A stretch of DNA of 59,660 nt from Clostridia bacterium (GTDB taxonomy: Bacteria > Bacillota > Clostridia > Oscillospirales > CAG-272). The position numbers were made by a program, and so were the translations under genes. The first letter of the stretch is position 1; the number at the start of each line of letters is the position of its first letter. The notes below the pieces were generated by a model, which searched no databases, had not been told where the DNA came from, and saw nothing but the letters and a program-made list of their open reading frames with translations. This document shows positions 1 through 12,578 of the stretch, piece after piece. The stretch spans positions 1 through 59,660 of the forward strand of contig JAFWTH010000050.1 in NCBI GenBank assembly GCA_017518975.1, read 5' to 3'.

Positions 1-121
1 AAAAAAAGAGTCGCTCGGGGGCGGGAGGAGGTTTCGCGTAGGGCTGCAGGAGCAGCCCAGCTCAAACCCTCCCTCCCCCGAAACCTCCCCCTCCCTCCCA
101 CGCGGGAGAGTTTGCTCTTTT
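1..121. repeat. GC-rich imperfect long palindrome (intergenic repeat family 2)
   Basis: aaaaaaagag (1-10) pairs with ctcttttt (113-121). gggaggaggtttcg pairs with cgaaacctcccc. Central hairpin gggctgc-agga-gcagccc at 41-58. No credible ORF. Confidence 0.5.
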
Positions 122-379
122 TTGAAGTCACTTTCGCACAGTTCCGTTTGATATGATCGTTCGCAGGCGAAAAGTTAAAGCGACCGATAAAACCGTCGGT
201 ATCTGCAACATCCGCAAAAAGGATCAGCACGAATCGCCGACACCATCTCGTCTCGCCGAAGGTCTTCGTTTGTCTTCATTGAACGCTGTACGAGAAAAAC
301 GAAGAAATAAATATATCCCACTTCGCGAAGGTGTTGATAAAAGTACGGTACCCTTGTCGCGAGGTGGGAGGGGAAGGTC

Positions 380-701
380 CTTGGGCGGGCTCGCCGAGTG
401 CCGCCGGGGGCGGATGAAACGACGGCGAGACCGGAGCAGCGGTCGAAATAGCGCGACGCGTCAGCGGAGCCTGCGATTTCGGGAACCGCAATCGGGCAGG
501 AGGTTTGTGAAGGGGCTTGCGGCTTTAATAAAGCCGCAAGCCCCTGAACAGGTCCCTCCCTCGCCCTTCTTTGCCTTGCAAAGGCAAAGAAGAACGACAT
601 CTTTTTTCGGTGAAGCATTTTTTCTCTAGAGAAAAAAGGGTTCAATAGCGCGGTAAAATTCTGCGGATGCGTCTAAAGACGGAACGCAGAATTTTATCCT
701 G
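380..701. repeat. Cluster of intergenic hairpin repeats (family 2)
   Basis: Perfect hairpins aaggggcttgcggcttta/taaagccgcaagcccctg (~521-556) and ccttctttgcc/ggcaaagaag. The unit gtaaaattctgcgg...cgcagaattttatcctg (653-701) recurs at 5473-5507. ORFs in this region are low-complexity artefacts. Confidence 0.6.
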
Positions 702-856
702 TTTGATCTGTTGCGTAGCAACAAGAGCAAACAGATTTATGCGCTTCAAGTTGCCCGCGAGGGGAAAAACCATAAACACCGCAAAACACGATCTCTGTCA
801 GAAAACAAAAATCCGCCGGGCGTTCAGACGGACGTCCGGCGGGTTTTGATTTACGT

Positions 857-2152
857 TCAGTTGAAATTCTTGAGGTATTTCTCCGCTGCCGCGATCTTGA
901 TACAGTTGCAGAGGATCTTGGAGATCGTTTTGAGCTCTGCGACCTCGGGGAACGTCGGCGCGATTCGGATATTGCTGTCGTCGGGGTCGCGCCCGTAGGG
1001 GTACGTCGCTCCGGCGGGCGTCAGCGCGACGCCGACGCTGCGGGCGAGCTGATAAACTCTCTTCGCGCATCCCTTTTCGACGTAAAGCGAGATGAAATAT
1101 CCACCGCGCGGATTCGTCCACCGCGCTATGTCAAGCCCGGAGAGATGACGGTCAAACGTGTCCTCCACCATCTCGAACTTCGGGCGGAGCATCTCCGCGA
1201 GCCGCTTCATATGCGCCTTTATGCCGTCCGCGTTTCCGAAATACTTGACGTGGCGCATCTGGTTTATCTTGTCGTAGCCGATCGTCTGCGTGGACAAGAT
1301 CGGTCGGATCTGATCGAGATTCCTCTCGCTCGCCGCCATGATCGCGAGTCCCGAGCCGGGGAACGTGATCTTCGACGTCGAGGCGAAATAGAATATGTTG
1401 TCCTCGGTGCCGTGTTTTTTCGCAAGTTCGAAAATGTCGGCAAGCTTCACTTCCTCGTCGTAAAGCTCGTGGACGGAGTACGCGTTGTCCCAGAAGATGC
1501 GGAAGTCGGGTGCCGCCGGCTTCAGCGCGGCGAACTGCTCGACGACGCGGTCGGAGTACGTGATCCCCTCGGGGTTCGAGAACTTCGGCACGCACCAGAT
1601 ACCCTTGACGGACGGGTCGGAGCAGGCGCGGTCGTAGACCTCGTCCATATCGGGCCCCTCGGGCGTCATCCTAATCGGTATCATCTCGATATCGAGCGTC
1701 TTGCAGATAGTGAAATGCCTGTCGTATCCGGGCGTCGGGCAGAGGAATTTGATACGGCCCTGCCTGAACCACGGCTCGCGCCCGCCCGCGACTCCGAAAA
1801 GCATACAGCGGACGATCGCGTCGTACATCGCGTTGAGCGAGGAGTTTCCGAGGATCATAATCATATCCTCGGGGATGCCGAGCAGTTCGGAGAAGAGGCG
1901 CTTCGCCTCCGGCAGACCGTCTAGGATGCCGTAGTTGCGGCAGTCGAGACCCGTCTCCGAGAAGCAGTCTCCCCTGTCGCTTATAACGCCGAGCATATCG
2001 GACGAGAGGTCGAGCTGCGCCTGAGACGGCTTGCCGCGCGTCAGGTTGAGCGTCAGGTTCTGTTCGCCCCACGCGTCGAGTTTAGCCCGCTGATCGGCGA
2101 GCTCCTCCTCGAGTTCTTCCTTCGTCATTTCGCGAAACGGTTTTACGGTCAT
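857..2152 (-). CDS. PLP-dependent aminotransferase (class I/II fold, Asp-aminotransferase-like family)
   Basis: 447-aa ORF. STSKITFPGSG lysine motif and overall aminotransferase-like sequence. Start moved to MTVKPF (ATG 2152), which has gaaaggg upstream. Confidence 0.75.
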   Translation of the reverse strand: MTVKPFREMTKEELEEELADQRAKLDAWGEQNLTLNLTRGKPSQAQLDLSSDMLGVISDRGDCFSETGLDCRNYGILDGLPEAKRLFSELLGIPEDMIMILGNSSLNAMYDAIVRCMLFGVAGGREPWFRQGRIKFLCPTPGYDRHFTICKTLDIEMIPIRMTPEGPDMDEVYDRACSDPSVKGIWCVPKFSNPEGITYSDRVVEQFAALKPAAPDFRIFWDNAYSVHELYDEEVKLADIFELAKKHGTEDNIFYFASTSKITFPGSGLAIMAASERNLDQIRPILSTQTIGYDKINQMRHVKYFGNADGIKAHMKRLAEMLRPKFEMVEDTFDRHLSGLDIARWTNPRGGYFISLYVEKGCAKRVYQLARSVGVALTPAGATYPYGRDPDDSNIRIAPTFPEVAELKTISKILCNCIKIAAAEKYLKNFN

Positions 2153-2346
2153 TTTATCGCGCCCTTTCATCGCCCGGGGCCCCCGGACGGGAATATTCAA
2201 AAAATATACTGTTATTTTATATTATCGCGCGGAAAAATTCAAGAGTAAAATGAAAAACGGGGAAAAAACCGCGCGTTCGCGGCCGCTTGACCTTTCCCTC
2301 CTTTTTTGCTATGATAAGACCGGATCGCCGAAAGGAGGGGATCGCC

Positions 2347-3321
2347 TTGTCGCAAAAGGACGTAAATCCGTATCCGTATTCGGATACGAACAAACGCTAT
2401 CAGACGTTCGATTACTACACTCGAAAAACGTTCGGCGGCAAATGCGCGCGCATCCCGCTTGACGCCGGTTTTTCGTGTCCGAACAAGGACGGCTCGCGCG
2501 GGACGGGCGGCTGTATCTTCTGCCTGCGGGGTTCTTCCTCAAACCGCGGGACGCTCAAAGAGCAGTACGAAGAAGCGCGACGGGTCGCTCTGCGCAAATG
2601 GCGCCTTTCCGGCTTCATCCCGTACCTTCAGGCGAACACAAACACTTACGCGCCGACGGAGACGCTCCGCCGGATATACGAAGAAACCGCCGCGCTGCCG
2701 GGCGCCGTGATGCTCTGCGTCGCGACGCGCGCGGACTGTCTTTCGGACGGCGTTATCGAAGAACTCGTCCGCATATCAGAAAAAATACCTGTGACGGTCG
2801 AACTCGGTCTTCAGACGTCGAACGACGCGACCGCGGAACGGATCAACCGCTGCCACTCGTTCGCCGAATTCCGCGACGGATACGGACGTCTGCGCGCCGC
2901 GGGCGGAGATATCTCGATCGGCTTTCATATTATAAACGGGCTCCCGGGCGAGACGCGCGAGGACATGATAAAAACTGCGCGCGACGCCGCCTCTCTGCAT
3001 CCCGATATGATGAAGATCCATCTTCTGCACGTCCTGCGCGGCACGCCGCTCGCCGATATGTACGAAAGAGGCGAATACACGCCGATGGAAAAAAACGATT
3101 ACGTCTCCGTCGTCTGCGATCAGCTCGAACTTCTGCCGCCCGACTGCGTTATCGCCCGCCTCTCCGGCGAGGCGCCCGAGGACGTCCTTCTCGCCCCCGC
3201 GTGGTGCCGGCGCAAGATCGCCGTGATGAACGACGTCGACAAGGAACTCTTCCGCCGCGATTCGTGGCAGGGGAAGATATATGCTCCGAAGGCGCAATTC
3301 ACGGAGCGTCCGGTCTCGTGA
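2347..3321 (+). CDS. Radical SAM protein, TIGR01212 (YtqA/YhcC-like) family
   Basis: CPNKDGSRGTGGCIFC cluster and a family-typical N-terminus (KRYQTFDYYTRKTFGGK). Likely TTG start at 2347, preceded by aaaggagggg; the ORF track opens at 2287. Confidence 0.8.
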   Translation: MSQKDVNPYPYSDTNKRYQTFDYYTRKTFGGKCARIPLDAGFSCPNKDGSRGTGGCIFCLRGSSSNRGTLKEQYEEARRVALRKWRLSGFIPYLQANTNTYAPTETLRRIYEETAALPGAVMLCVATRADCLSDGVIEELVRISEKIPVTVELGLQTSNDATAERINRCHSFAEFRDGYGRLRAAGGDISIGFHIINGLPGETREDMIKTARDAASLHPDMMKIHLLHVLRGTPLADMYERGEYTPMEKNDYVSVVCDQLELLPPDCVIARLSGEAPEDVLLAPAWCRRKIAVMNDVDKELFRRDSWQGKIYAPKAQFTERPVS

Positions 3322-3520
3322 ATACTCTATCCGGCAAATTCGTTAGTCTCCGATTCACGAGCTGAAATTATTTGCAAATCATTGCAAATAATTTCAGGAA
3401 GACACTTTATTTGTAAGAGCGCCGGAGGGCGAGAATTCATAAAAACGAAGCTTTCAAATTCATGAGCCCCGCGGAAAACCCGCGGGGCTCAATTCATGCG
3501 GCGCAAGCCGCAGTTCACCT
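3296..3520 (+). repeat. Hairpin array 1: variable GC hairpins joined by AATTCAT/AATTCAC
   Basis: AATTCA[TC] at 3296, 3434, 3457, 3491 and 3512. Hairpins include gagccccgcg-gaaaac-cgcggggctc (3464-3490). A separate AT hairpin gaaattatttgcaa-atc-attgcaaataatttc lies at 3364-3395. Near-identical unit at 19238-19289. Confidence 0.7.
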
Positions 3521-3561
3521 CGTTTCTTATCCGCAGCTATCTATTTTTTTCAAAAATCCCC

Positions 3562-3608
3562 TTGACAAGCCCAGACTACTGTGATAGTATAGACTACAGT
3601 AATAGTCT
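3562..3608 (+). promoter_or_regulatory. Sigma-A-type promoter with BlaI-type operator
   Basis: TTGACA (3562-3567), 17 nt, TAGTAT (3585-3590). Repeated agactac(t/a)gt half-sites (TACTGT/TACAGT) overlap the -10 region. RBS gaggtg at 3611. Confidence 0.6.
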
Positions 3609-3620
3609 GTGAGGTGTGAA

Positions 3621-3971
3621 ATGAAACTTTACGACAGCGAAATGAAGATAATGGAGCTGATATGGGAACATGAGCCCGTCAGCGCAAAGGAACTGAGCGT
3701 GCTCGCGCAGGAAGAGATCGGGTGGAACAAGAACACGACCTATACCGTGATCAAAAAAGCGATCGGGAAAGGGTACGTGAAACGTGAGGATCCCGATTTC
3801 ATCTGCACTTCTCTGATATCAAAGGAAGAAGTGAGAGGAAGCGAGACGAAAAGCCTCGTCGACCGTCTTTTCGGCGGGTCGAAAAAAGCGCTGTTTTCCG
3901 CGCTGCTCGAGGATGAAGAACTTACCGAAAAGGACATAGCGGAACTGCGAGAAATGATCGAAAAGAGGTGA
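3621..3971 (+). CDS. BlaI/MecI/CopY-family winged-helix repressor
   Basis: MKLYDSEMKIMELIWE...NTTYTVIKK is the family pattern. ATG 3621 follows the RBS; the ORF track GTG at 3609 is less likely. Confidence 0.85.
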   Translation: MKLYDSEMKIMELIWEHEPVSAKELSVLAQEEIGWNKNTTYTVIKKAIGKGYVKREDPDFICTSLISKEEVRGSETKSLVDRLFGGSKKALFSALLEDEELTEKDIAELREMIEKR

Positions 3972-3975
3972 TCCC

Positions 3976-4896
3976 GTGCTCCGCGAGGTTTTCTACTGGC
4001 TTTTCAACATGAGCGTCGCGGCGACCGTGAGCGGAGCCGTCGTTCTGCTCCTGCGCCTGATCAAAAAGATCCCGCGCCGTGTTATCGCCGTTCTTTGGGC
4101 AATCCCGTTTTTGCGGATGTGGATCCCCGTCGGGATCGGCGGGAAGTTCGGGCTCATGACTCTGCTTTCCCGTTTCACGACGAAAACCGTAACCGTTTAC
4201 GAAAGCAGACTGCTCCCCGATTTTTCCTTTACGAACAGCATTTGCGCGGCGGATTCGTATTTTCCGATCACCTATAAGGTCGATCTTGTCGGAGACGTCT
4301 TTTCCGTCGCGTCGGTGATCTGGGCAGTCGTCGCCGCGGCTCTGTTTCTGACCTTCGCGATACTGTATTTCGTCTCGATGAAGGAGATCAAGGGGGCTGA
4401 GCGTCTTTACGATAACGTCTTCGTTTCGGATAAGGTAACGTCCCCGTCCGTCTACGGCGTGTTCCACCCGAGGATCGTCATACCTTCTTCGATGAAGGAA
4501 AGCGAAGATCTTTCCTTTATCCTTCTTCACGAGAAAAAGCATATCCGGCGGCTCGACAACGTGCGGCGCATCCTCGGTTTCCTTACCGCCGCGCTGCACT
4601 GGTTCAATCCCGCCTCGTGGATCTTCCTGACTCGCTTCCTGTCAGATCTTGAGATCGCGTGCGACGAGGCGGTCCTGCAAAGGTGCGATGAGGACGAAAA
4701 GAAAAAATACGCGCTCGCGCTCGTTTCGTCGGCGTCTCAAAAAACGGTTTTTGTCTCCGCATTCGGCGGCGCGAAGATAAAAACGCGCGTGGAGAGGATC
4801 GTGTCGTACAGAAAAATGACCGTTCTGTCCGCGATCGCGTTTGCGGCGATGATCGCCGCCCTCGCCTATTTTCTGCTCACGAACGCATCGGTTTGA
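3976..4896 (+). CDS. BlaR1/MecR1-like M56 membrane metallopeptidase, short form without extracellular sensor domain
   Basis: Multi-TM N-terminus, HEKKH (HExxH) motif, translationally adjacent to the blaI-like gene. Only 306 aa, with no penicillin-binding-like C-terminal domain. Confidence 0.8.
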   Translation: MLREVFYWLFNMSVAATVSGAVVLLLRLIKKIPRRVIAVLWAIPFLRMWIPVGIGGKFGLMTLLSRFTTKTVTVYESRLLPDFSFTNSICAADSYFPITYKVDLVGDVFSVASVIWAVVAAALFLTFAILYFVSMKEIKGAERLYDNVFVSDKVTSPSVYGVFHPRIVIPSSMKESEDLSFILLHEKKHIRRLDNVRRILGFLTAALHWFNPASWIFLTRFLSDLEIACDEAVLQRCDEDEKKKYALALVSSASQKTVFVSAFGGAKIKTRVERIVSYRKMTVLSAIAFAAMIAALAYFLLTNASV

Positions 4897-4920
4897 ACGG
4901 TTTTCGGGGTCGCGTTCGTT

Positions 4921-5545
4921 TCATTCGACAAGACTCCTCGCCTCTTCCGTCATCCTGAGCGAGCTTTCGCGTTGCAAAGCAACGCGGCGCGAGCCGAAGG
5001 ATCTCCTTTCAGATTCTTCGACTTCACTCGTTTCGCTCGTTCCGCTCAGAATGACACGGAAATGAAGAGTGGCGCGTGAGTGAAGAATGACATGGTAATG
5101 AAAAAGGCCTGTCATCCTGAGCAAGCGCGGCAGCGCGCGTCGAAGGATCTGCTCCCGCCTAGCTGACAGCAAAAGCCTTCCCCTCGAGGGTAGCGAAGCG
5201 CACGGCGCGGTAGTGAATGACAGCCCGGGGGGCTGTCAGAGCCGCGCCTGACCGAACCCCGCAGGGTAGACAAGGTGGGTCCGAAGGACCCGGATGAGGT
5301 GACGCGGTAACAGTTCATTCTCACCTCAATCAGTTCGCTCTTCTTGCTCCGCAAGAAGGTCTGACAGCTTCCACCTCTTTGCGGAGCAAAGAGAGGGAAG
5401 CCTTTGGATTCTTCGACTTCGTTCACTCCGTTCACTTCGCTCAGAATGACACGGTAATGAAGAAAATGAGTCCGTAAAATTCCGCGGCTCAGCGGAATTT
5501 TATCCTGCTCGCAAAGCAAGCAGACGCTCCGCTCAGAATGACACG
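4921..5545. repeat. Dense block of intergenic repeat family 2
   Basis: gtcatcctgagc(g/a)agc at 4949 and 5111. Inverse partner cgctcagaatgacac at 5043, 5438 and 5530. ~55-nt direct repeat ggattcttcgacttc...gctcagaatgacacgg(a/t)aatgaag at 5004-5068 and 5405-5465. ggtagtgaatgacagcccggggggctgtcagagc at 5209-5242 recurs at 59582-59615. Confidence 0.75.
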
Positions 5546-5608
5546 GAAATGAAGATAAGCGCCTATATTATCGAAATGTCCGACTTTATCGGAAAAACGG
5601 AGGTATAT

Positions 5609-7366
5609 ATGAAAAGATTTATTTGTTTGTTGATCGCTTCCGTCTTCGTCCTCGGAGGGTGCGCGGGCGGTTACGTCCCGCACGGAGGGAACTATTCTTT
5701 GAGCGACGGAAGATACGTGACTTCGACCTCTATGCCGTACCTTTTGTTAGGCGAAGGCAGGTTCACCGTGGTTAAAGATATCGCCGTGTCGTATCAGCCG
5801 AGCGGGACCGTCCGTCGGGACGGCAATTCCGTCGTTCTTGAAGGCGTCTTTGCCGATGCGGATTTCCGTTATTCATTCGTCCTGACCTCCGACGACACGC
5901 TCCTCTTCGATCTCGGGGCCTCTATCCTTCCTATGAGCGCGTACAATTGGAACGACGGGATGATCTTCACGCTTGCCGACGATACGGCAAACGATACAGA
6001 CGACGGTCTCGACAGGATTGAACAGGTCGAGGGCGTCCCCCCGGAGTTTGTAAATATCGTCATGGAAAACAGATTCAAAGACGTCGCCGCCTTTTCGGAC
6101 AGATTGCTGAAAGTCGAGACGGTATCGTACAGAGAAACGCTGACCGCCGAACATAAGATTACAATGACGGACCTTTACGGCGAACCCCTCGCCGTTTATA
6201 CTGTTTCTTCAGACGACGCGTATTACGTTTCGGCTCTTACGGCGACGGAAGACGGGGGCTTCCTGTTCGTCCTCGGGTTCAACGAATACTCCGAGTCCGC
6301 GGCGAACCGCGACGAACACGCCTCAAGGATCATAAAATGCGACAAAAACGGAGACGTCGTGTTCGATACGCCGCTCAACGGCATCGGCGGCGACTCGCTC
6401 GAATACTGCTTTGAAAAATACGGTCGATATTATTTCTTCGGAGACGATTACGTGCCGGACGTGCGAAATTTCACGCAAACCGACGTGTTTATGGGCTTCG
6501 TAAACAAGGACGGCTCCGAGTTCGGGAGCGCTCGGTTCGGCGGAGGCGACTACGCTCATCTTCTGAACGTCGAGGAGACGGACGACGGTTTTCTCCTGTA
6601 CGTTGACGCGATCTCACCCTCGGGCGATTTTTCGTCAGGTGTGCCCGCCGCCACCGACTGGACGGTCGCGGTAAACTCACAGCTTGAAGTGACGGCAAAG
6701 AGCAGGGAACCCGGGCGCGACTATAATGACCGTCGGATCGGCGAAAGAGAGGGGAAGCCCGTTTTCAGGAGCGATCCCGTCTTCGACGGATTCGACGCGG
6801 GTCTCCCCACGGCGTTCATTGACTACGACGACTTTTATCTGATCGTATCGGAGCACGTCACGGGCGAATACGAAAACACCCCTCCCTATATCAGCGCGAT
6901 CTGGAATTACACCGAAACGGTTTATTCCGGGTACGACGGGGACGGAAATCTTCTGTTCCGGGCTTCCATCGACTCGTCGCCGGATTATGATTCAATGACG
7001 CCCGGGTTGCTCCAGAGAACTTATCCCGAATACTTTGGTCTCGACGCGAGCGGAGGCCTCGACGTGATCGTCTGGCAGATGAGCGAATTCCACTATTATT
7101 TCGGTCTGCTTGAGCATTCCGAAACGGAACGCGACTGGCTGGATCACGAACTGATGGATCTGAGCACGAAGGGAGTCGACGCCGCGACGATGAGGGAAAT
7201 ACTCTCGACCTATAACGTCGGCGAGGACGATATTCATATCGTCCCGTGGCAGAATCCGTTCTCAAGCTATATCCCTCTCGTTTTCATGGGCAATATGACC
7301 GAAGAGGAACGGGCGGAGATGACGGAGCGGTATATCGAAGAAATCAGAGAAATGCTGCTCGGGTGA
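5609..7366 (+). CDS. Lipoprotein of unknown function
   Basis: MKRFICLLIASVFVLGGCAGG signal peptide with a lipobox. RBS ggagg lies before ATG 5609. No recognisable catalytic motifs. Confidence 0.7.
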   Translation: MKRFICLLIASVFVLGGCAGGYVPHGGNYSLSDGRYVTSTSMPYLLLGEGRFTVVKDIAVSYQPSGTVRRDGNSVVLEGVFADADFRYSFVLTSDDTLLFDLGASILPMSAYNWNDGMIFTLADDTANDTDDGLDRIEQVEGVPPEFVNIVMENRFKDVAAFSDRLLKVETVSYRETLTAEHKITMTDLYGEPLAVYTVSSDDAYYVSALTATEDGGFLFVLGFNEYSESAANRDEHASRIIKCDKNGDVVFDTPLNGIGGDSLEYCFEKYGRYYFFGDDYVPDVRNFTQTDVFMGFVNKDGSEFGSARFGGGDYAHLLNVEETDDGFLLYVDAISPSGDFSSGVPAATDWTVAVNSQLEVTAKSREPGRDYNDRRIGEREGKPVFRSDPVFDGFDAGLPTAFIDYDDFYLIVSEHVTGEYENTPPYISAIWNYTETVYSGYDGDGNLLFRASIDSSPDYDSMTPGLLQRTYPEYFGLDASGGLDVIVWQMSEFHYYFGLLEHSETERDWLDHELMDLSTKGVDAATMREILSTYNVGEDDIHIVPWQNPFSSYIPLVFMGNMTEEERAEMTERYIEEIREMLLG

Positions 7367-7374
7367 AACGCAGC

Positions 7375-7490
7375 GTCTTGAAATGAAATGCCCCCGCGCC
7401 GCGGGAGCATGAAATACGGCTTCGCCGTATGAAATATTCTTTGAATATGAAATTCCTCCGGAGCGCGGTTGCTCCGGAGGAATGATTTTT
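7375..7490 (-). repeat. Hairpin array 3: hairpins joined by ATTTCAT (minus-strand reading)
   Basis: atgaaat on the + strand at 7383, 7409, 7429 and 7447. Hairpins are gcccccgcg/cgcgggagc, acggc-ttc-gccgt and tcctccggagc-gcggtt-gctccggagga (7454-7481, followed by a T-run). Lies between the convergent lipoprotein and gyrA genes. Confidence 0.65.
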
Positions 7491-10076
7491 TTATTCTGCG
7501 GGCGTTTCTTCAGTCTCCGGCGTCGGTTCCGTCTCGGGCGGCGTCTCGCCGCCTTCGGGGATCTCGCCTTCGGGCGTATCTTCCTCGGGAAGCTCCTCTT
7601 CCTCGGGCGCTTTTCCGGTGACGGTGAAGTTGACTATCTTTGAGTCGCCGACTCTCATTACGATGACGCCGGACGCCGTTCTGCCGTACGCGGGGATCCC
7701 GTCCGCCGACGTGCGGATGACCGTTCCGTCGTCCGTGATGATAAGGATATCCTCGCCCTCCTCGACGACGGCGATACCGACGAGCTCGCCGGTCTTCGCG
7801 CCGATCTTGTGAGCGCACATACCCTTGATCGCGCGGCCCTTGTTCTCGAACAGCGCGGTCGACATCCTCTTGCCGAAGCCCTTTTCGGTCAGCGTGATGA
7901 GCTTGTGTCCCTCCACCCATTCGGGATCGGACGACACGACCGCCGCTCCGATGATCCGGTCGCCGGGCTCGAGCTTCATCGCGCGGACGCCTCTCGCCGT
8001 CCTTCCGACCGTCGATACCCTCGCCTCGGAGAATCTCGCGAGCAAACCGGTGTTCGCCGCGACCATTATATCGCGTCCGCCGTCCGTCAGAGCGACAAAG
8101 GTGAGTTCGTCTCCCTCGTCAAGGTTGATCGCGATCTTTCCGCCCTTGCGGTTGATCGCGTATTCCTTCAGCGGCGTCTTCTTGATGACTCCGCGGCGGG
8201 TGATCATTATGAGATTTTTCTCTTCCTCGGGCGTGAGCGTGTCGGTCGCGAGCATCGCGGTCACCGATTCGCCCTCGTTGAGGTCGAGCAGATTGACGAT
8301 ATGCGATCCCTTCGCGTTGTAGCTCGCCTCGGGGATGCGGTACGGCTTCGTCGTGTAGACTCTGCCGAGGTTCGTGAACAGAAGCAGGAAATCGTGGCTC
8401 TCGCAGGCGACGACGCGCTCGACGTAGTCCTCTTCCTTCGTCGCGATCCCGCGGCGGCCCTTGCCGCCTCTCGACTGCGCGGCGTAAGCGTCCGCCTTCT
8501 GCCTCTTGATATATCCGCCGTGCGTCAGGGTGATGACGCAGCGGTGGCGTTCGATGAGATCCTCGAGCATGATCTCGTCGTGGTATTCGACGATCTCGGT
8601 GAGCCGTTCGTCGCCGTACTTGTCGCGCACGGCTATAAGCTCGTCCTTGATGATCCCCTTGAGTTTCTCGGGATCAGCGAGGATCGATCTCTTTTCGTCG
8701 ATAATCGCGTACAGCTCGACGAGCCTCTCTTCGACCTTCTGTCTTTCAAGACCGGAGAGCCGTCCGAGCGTCATAGAGACGATCGCCTGCGACTGCTCTT
8801 CCGAAAGCGAGAACCGCTCGGACAGGCGGATCTTCGCCGTCGGGGTGTCTGGCGAATTGCGGATGATCGTGATAACCTCGTCGATGTTGTCCGTCGCGAT
8901 CTTGTAGCCCTCGTTGATGTGCGCCTCGTGAAGCGCGCGGTCAAGCTCGAACTGCGTTCTGCGCCTTGTGACGTCGGTGCGGAAGTTTATGTAGTTCTGC
9001 AGGATCTGGCGGAGCGAGAGGATCCTCGGCTCGCCGTCGACGAGCGCGAGCATATTGATCGCGCACGTGTCCTGAAGCTGCGTGTATTTATAGAACTGGT
9101 TGAGGATGACCTGACCGTTCGCGTCTTTTCTGTAGTCGACCGTGATGCGGAGCCCCGCCTTGCCCGACTCGTCGCGGATATCGGTCACGCCCTCGATCTT
9201 CTTGTCGCGGACCTGCTGCGCCATCGCCTTGACGAGCTCCGACTTGTTGACCATGTACGGGATCTCGGTGATGACGATCTGTCTTTTCTCCTCGTCGACC
9301 TCCGCCTTCGCGCGGACCATTACCTTGCCTCGTCCGGTGGAGTACGCCTCGTAAATGCCCGACGTGCCGAAGATCGTCGCTTTGGTCGGGAAATCGGGTC
9401 CCTTGATGAATTCCATCAGCTCCCTGACTCCCGCGTCGGGATGATCCATCAGATAGACGGTCCCGTCGATGACCTCGGTGAGGTTGTGCGTCGGGATATT
9501 CGTCGCCATACCGACGGCGATGCCGACCGAGCCGTTCACGAGAAGGTTCGGGAATTTCGTCGGCAGAACAGACGGCTCACGCCGGCTGTTGTCGAAGTTG
9601 GGTACCCAGTCGACGACCTCCTTACCGATGTCCGCCATCAGCTCCTCGGAGATCTTCGACATCCTCGCCTCGGTGTACCTGTACGCCGCAGCTCCGTCCC
9701 CGTCTATCGAGCCGAAGTTTCCGTGGCCCTGAACGAGCGGATATCTGTACGAGAAATCCTGCGCCATACGGACCATGGTCCCGTATACCGCAGCGTCGCC
9801 GTGGGGGTGATACCGTCCGAGAACGTTACCGACGGTCGTCGCGGATTTGCGGAACGGCTTGTCGTGCGTCAGCCCGTCCTCGAACATCGCGTACATAATA
9901 CGCCGCTGTCCCGGTTTCATTCCGTCGCGCGCGTCCGGAAGGGCGCGCGAAACGATAACGGACATGGAGTACTCGAGGAAGGATTTTTTTACCTCCCTCT
10001 CCATATTCACCGGTACGATCTTCTGATCCGGGAATTCGATCGGAGTGTCGTCTCTCTTATGATTATTAAGTGCCAT
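7491..10076 (-). CDS. gyrA: DNA gyrase subunit A
   Basis: Family sequence throughout ([27 protein letters not shown]). Acidic, Pro/Glu-rich C-terminal tail. Start taken at MALNN (ATG 10076). Confidence 0.97.
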   Translation of the reverse strand: MALNNHKRDDTPIEFPDQKIVPVNMEREVKKSFLEYSMSVIVSRALPDARDGMKPGQRRIMYAMFEDGLTHDKPFRKSATTVGNVLGRYHPHGDAAVYGTMVRMAQDFSYRYPLVQGHGNFGSIDGDGAAAYRYTEARMSKISEELMADIGKEVVDWVPNFDNSRREPSVLPTKFPNLLVNGSVGIAVGMATNIPTHNLTEVIDGTVYLMDHPDAGVRELMEFIKGPDFPTKATIFGTSGIYEAYSTGRGKVMVRAKAEVDEEKRQIVITEIPYMVNKSELVKAMAQQVRDKKIEGVTDIRDESGKAGLRITVDYRKDANGQVILNQFYKYTQLQDTCAINMLALVDGEPRILSLRQILQNYINFRTDVTRRRTQFELDRALHEAHINEGYKIATDNIDEVITIIRNSPDTPTAKIRLSERFSLSEEQSQAIVSMTLGRLSGLERQKVEERLVELYAIIDEKRSILADPEKLKGIIKDELIAVRDKYGDERLTEIVEYHDEIMLEDLIERHRCVITLTHGGYIKRQKADAYAAQSRGGKGRRGIATKEEDYVERVVACESHDFLLLFTNLGRVYTTKPYRIPEASYNAKGSHIVNLLDLNEGESVTAMLATDTLTPEEEKNLIMITRRGVIKKTPLKEYAINRKGGKIAINLDEGDELTFVALTDGGRDIMVAANTGLLARFSEARVSTVGRTARGVRAMKLEPGDRIIGAAVVSSDPEWVEGHKLITLTEKGFGKRMSTALFENKGRAIKGMCAHKIGAKTGELVGIAVVEEGEDILIITDDGTVIRTSADGIPAYGRTASGVIVMRVGDSKIVNFTVTGKAPEEEELPEEDTPEGEIPEGGETPPETEPTPETEETPAE

Positions 10077-10113
10077 TTTTACCTGCCCAATCAAATATAG
10101 TTATCGGGTCCCG

Positions 10114-12577
<2,464 letters not shown>

Positions 12578-12578
<1 letters not shown>

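Noticed and set aside
153-645. 158-aa and 156-aa ORFs on opposite strands at the window start, and similar ORFs at 4921-5683.
   Set aside because: They run through palindromic repeat units, have no RBS, are Arg-rich and mutually overlapping. Their 'conservation' comes from the DNA repeats.
3296-3520. Possibility that the hairpin arrays are CRISPR arrays.
   Set aside because: The constant unit is only 7-8 nt and the variable parts are 11-30-nt self-complementary hairpins. There are no cas genes in the window.
7809-10100. Very long ORFs antisense to or overlapping known genes. Examples are 763 aa opposite gyrA, 553 aa opposite carB (17256-18917), 512 aa opposite pyk (41865-43403), 445 aa opposite the ATPase (50937-52274) and 441 aa opposite valS (56382-57707).
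   Set aside because: They are Arg/Asp/Val-rich and low-complexity, with no motifs. They lie entirely inside genes with unmistakable family sequence on the other strand. This is the typical open-frame artefact of ~60 % GC DNA.
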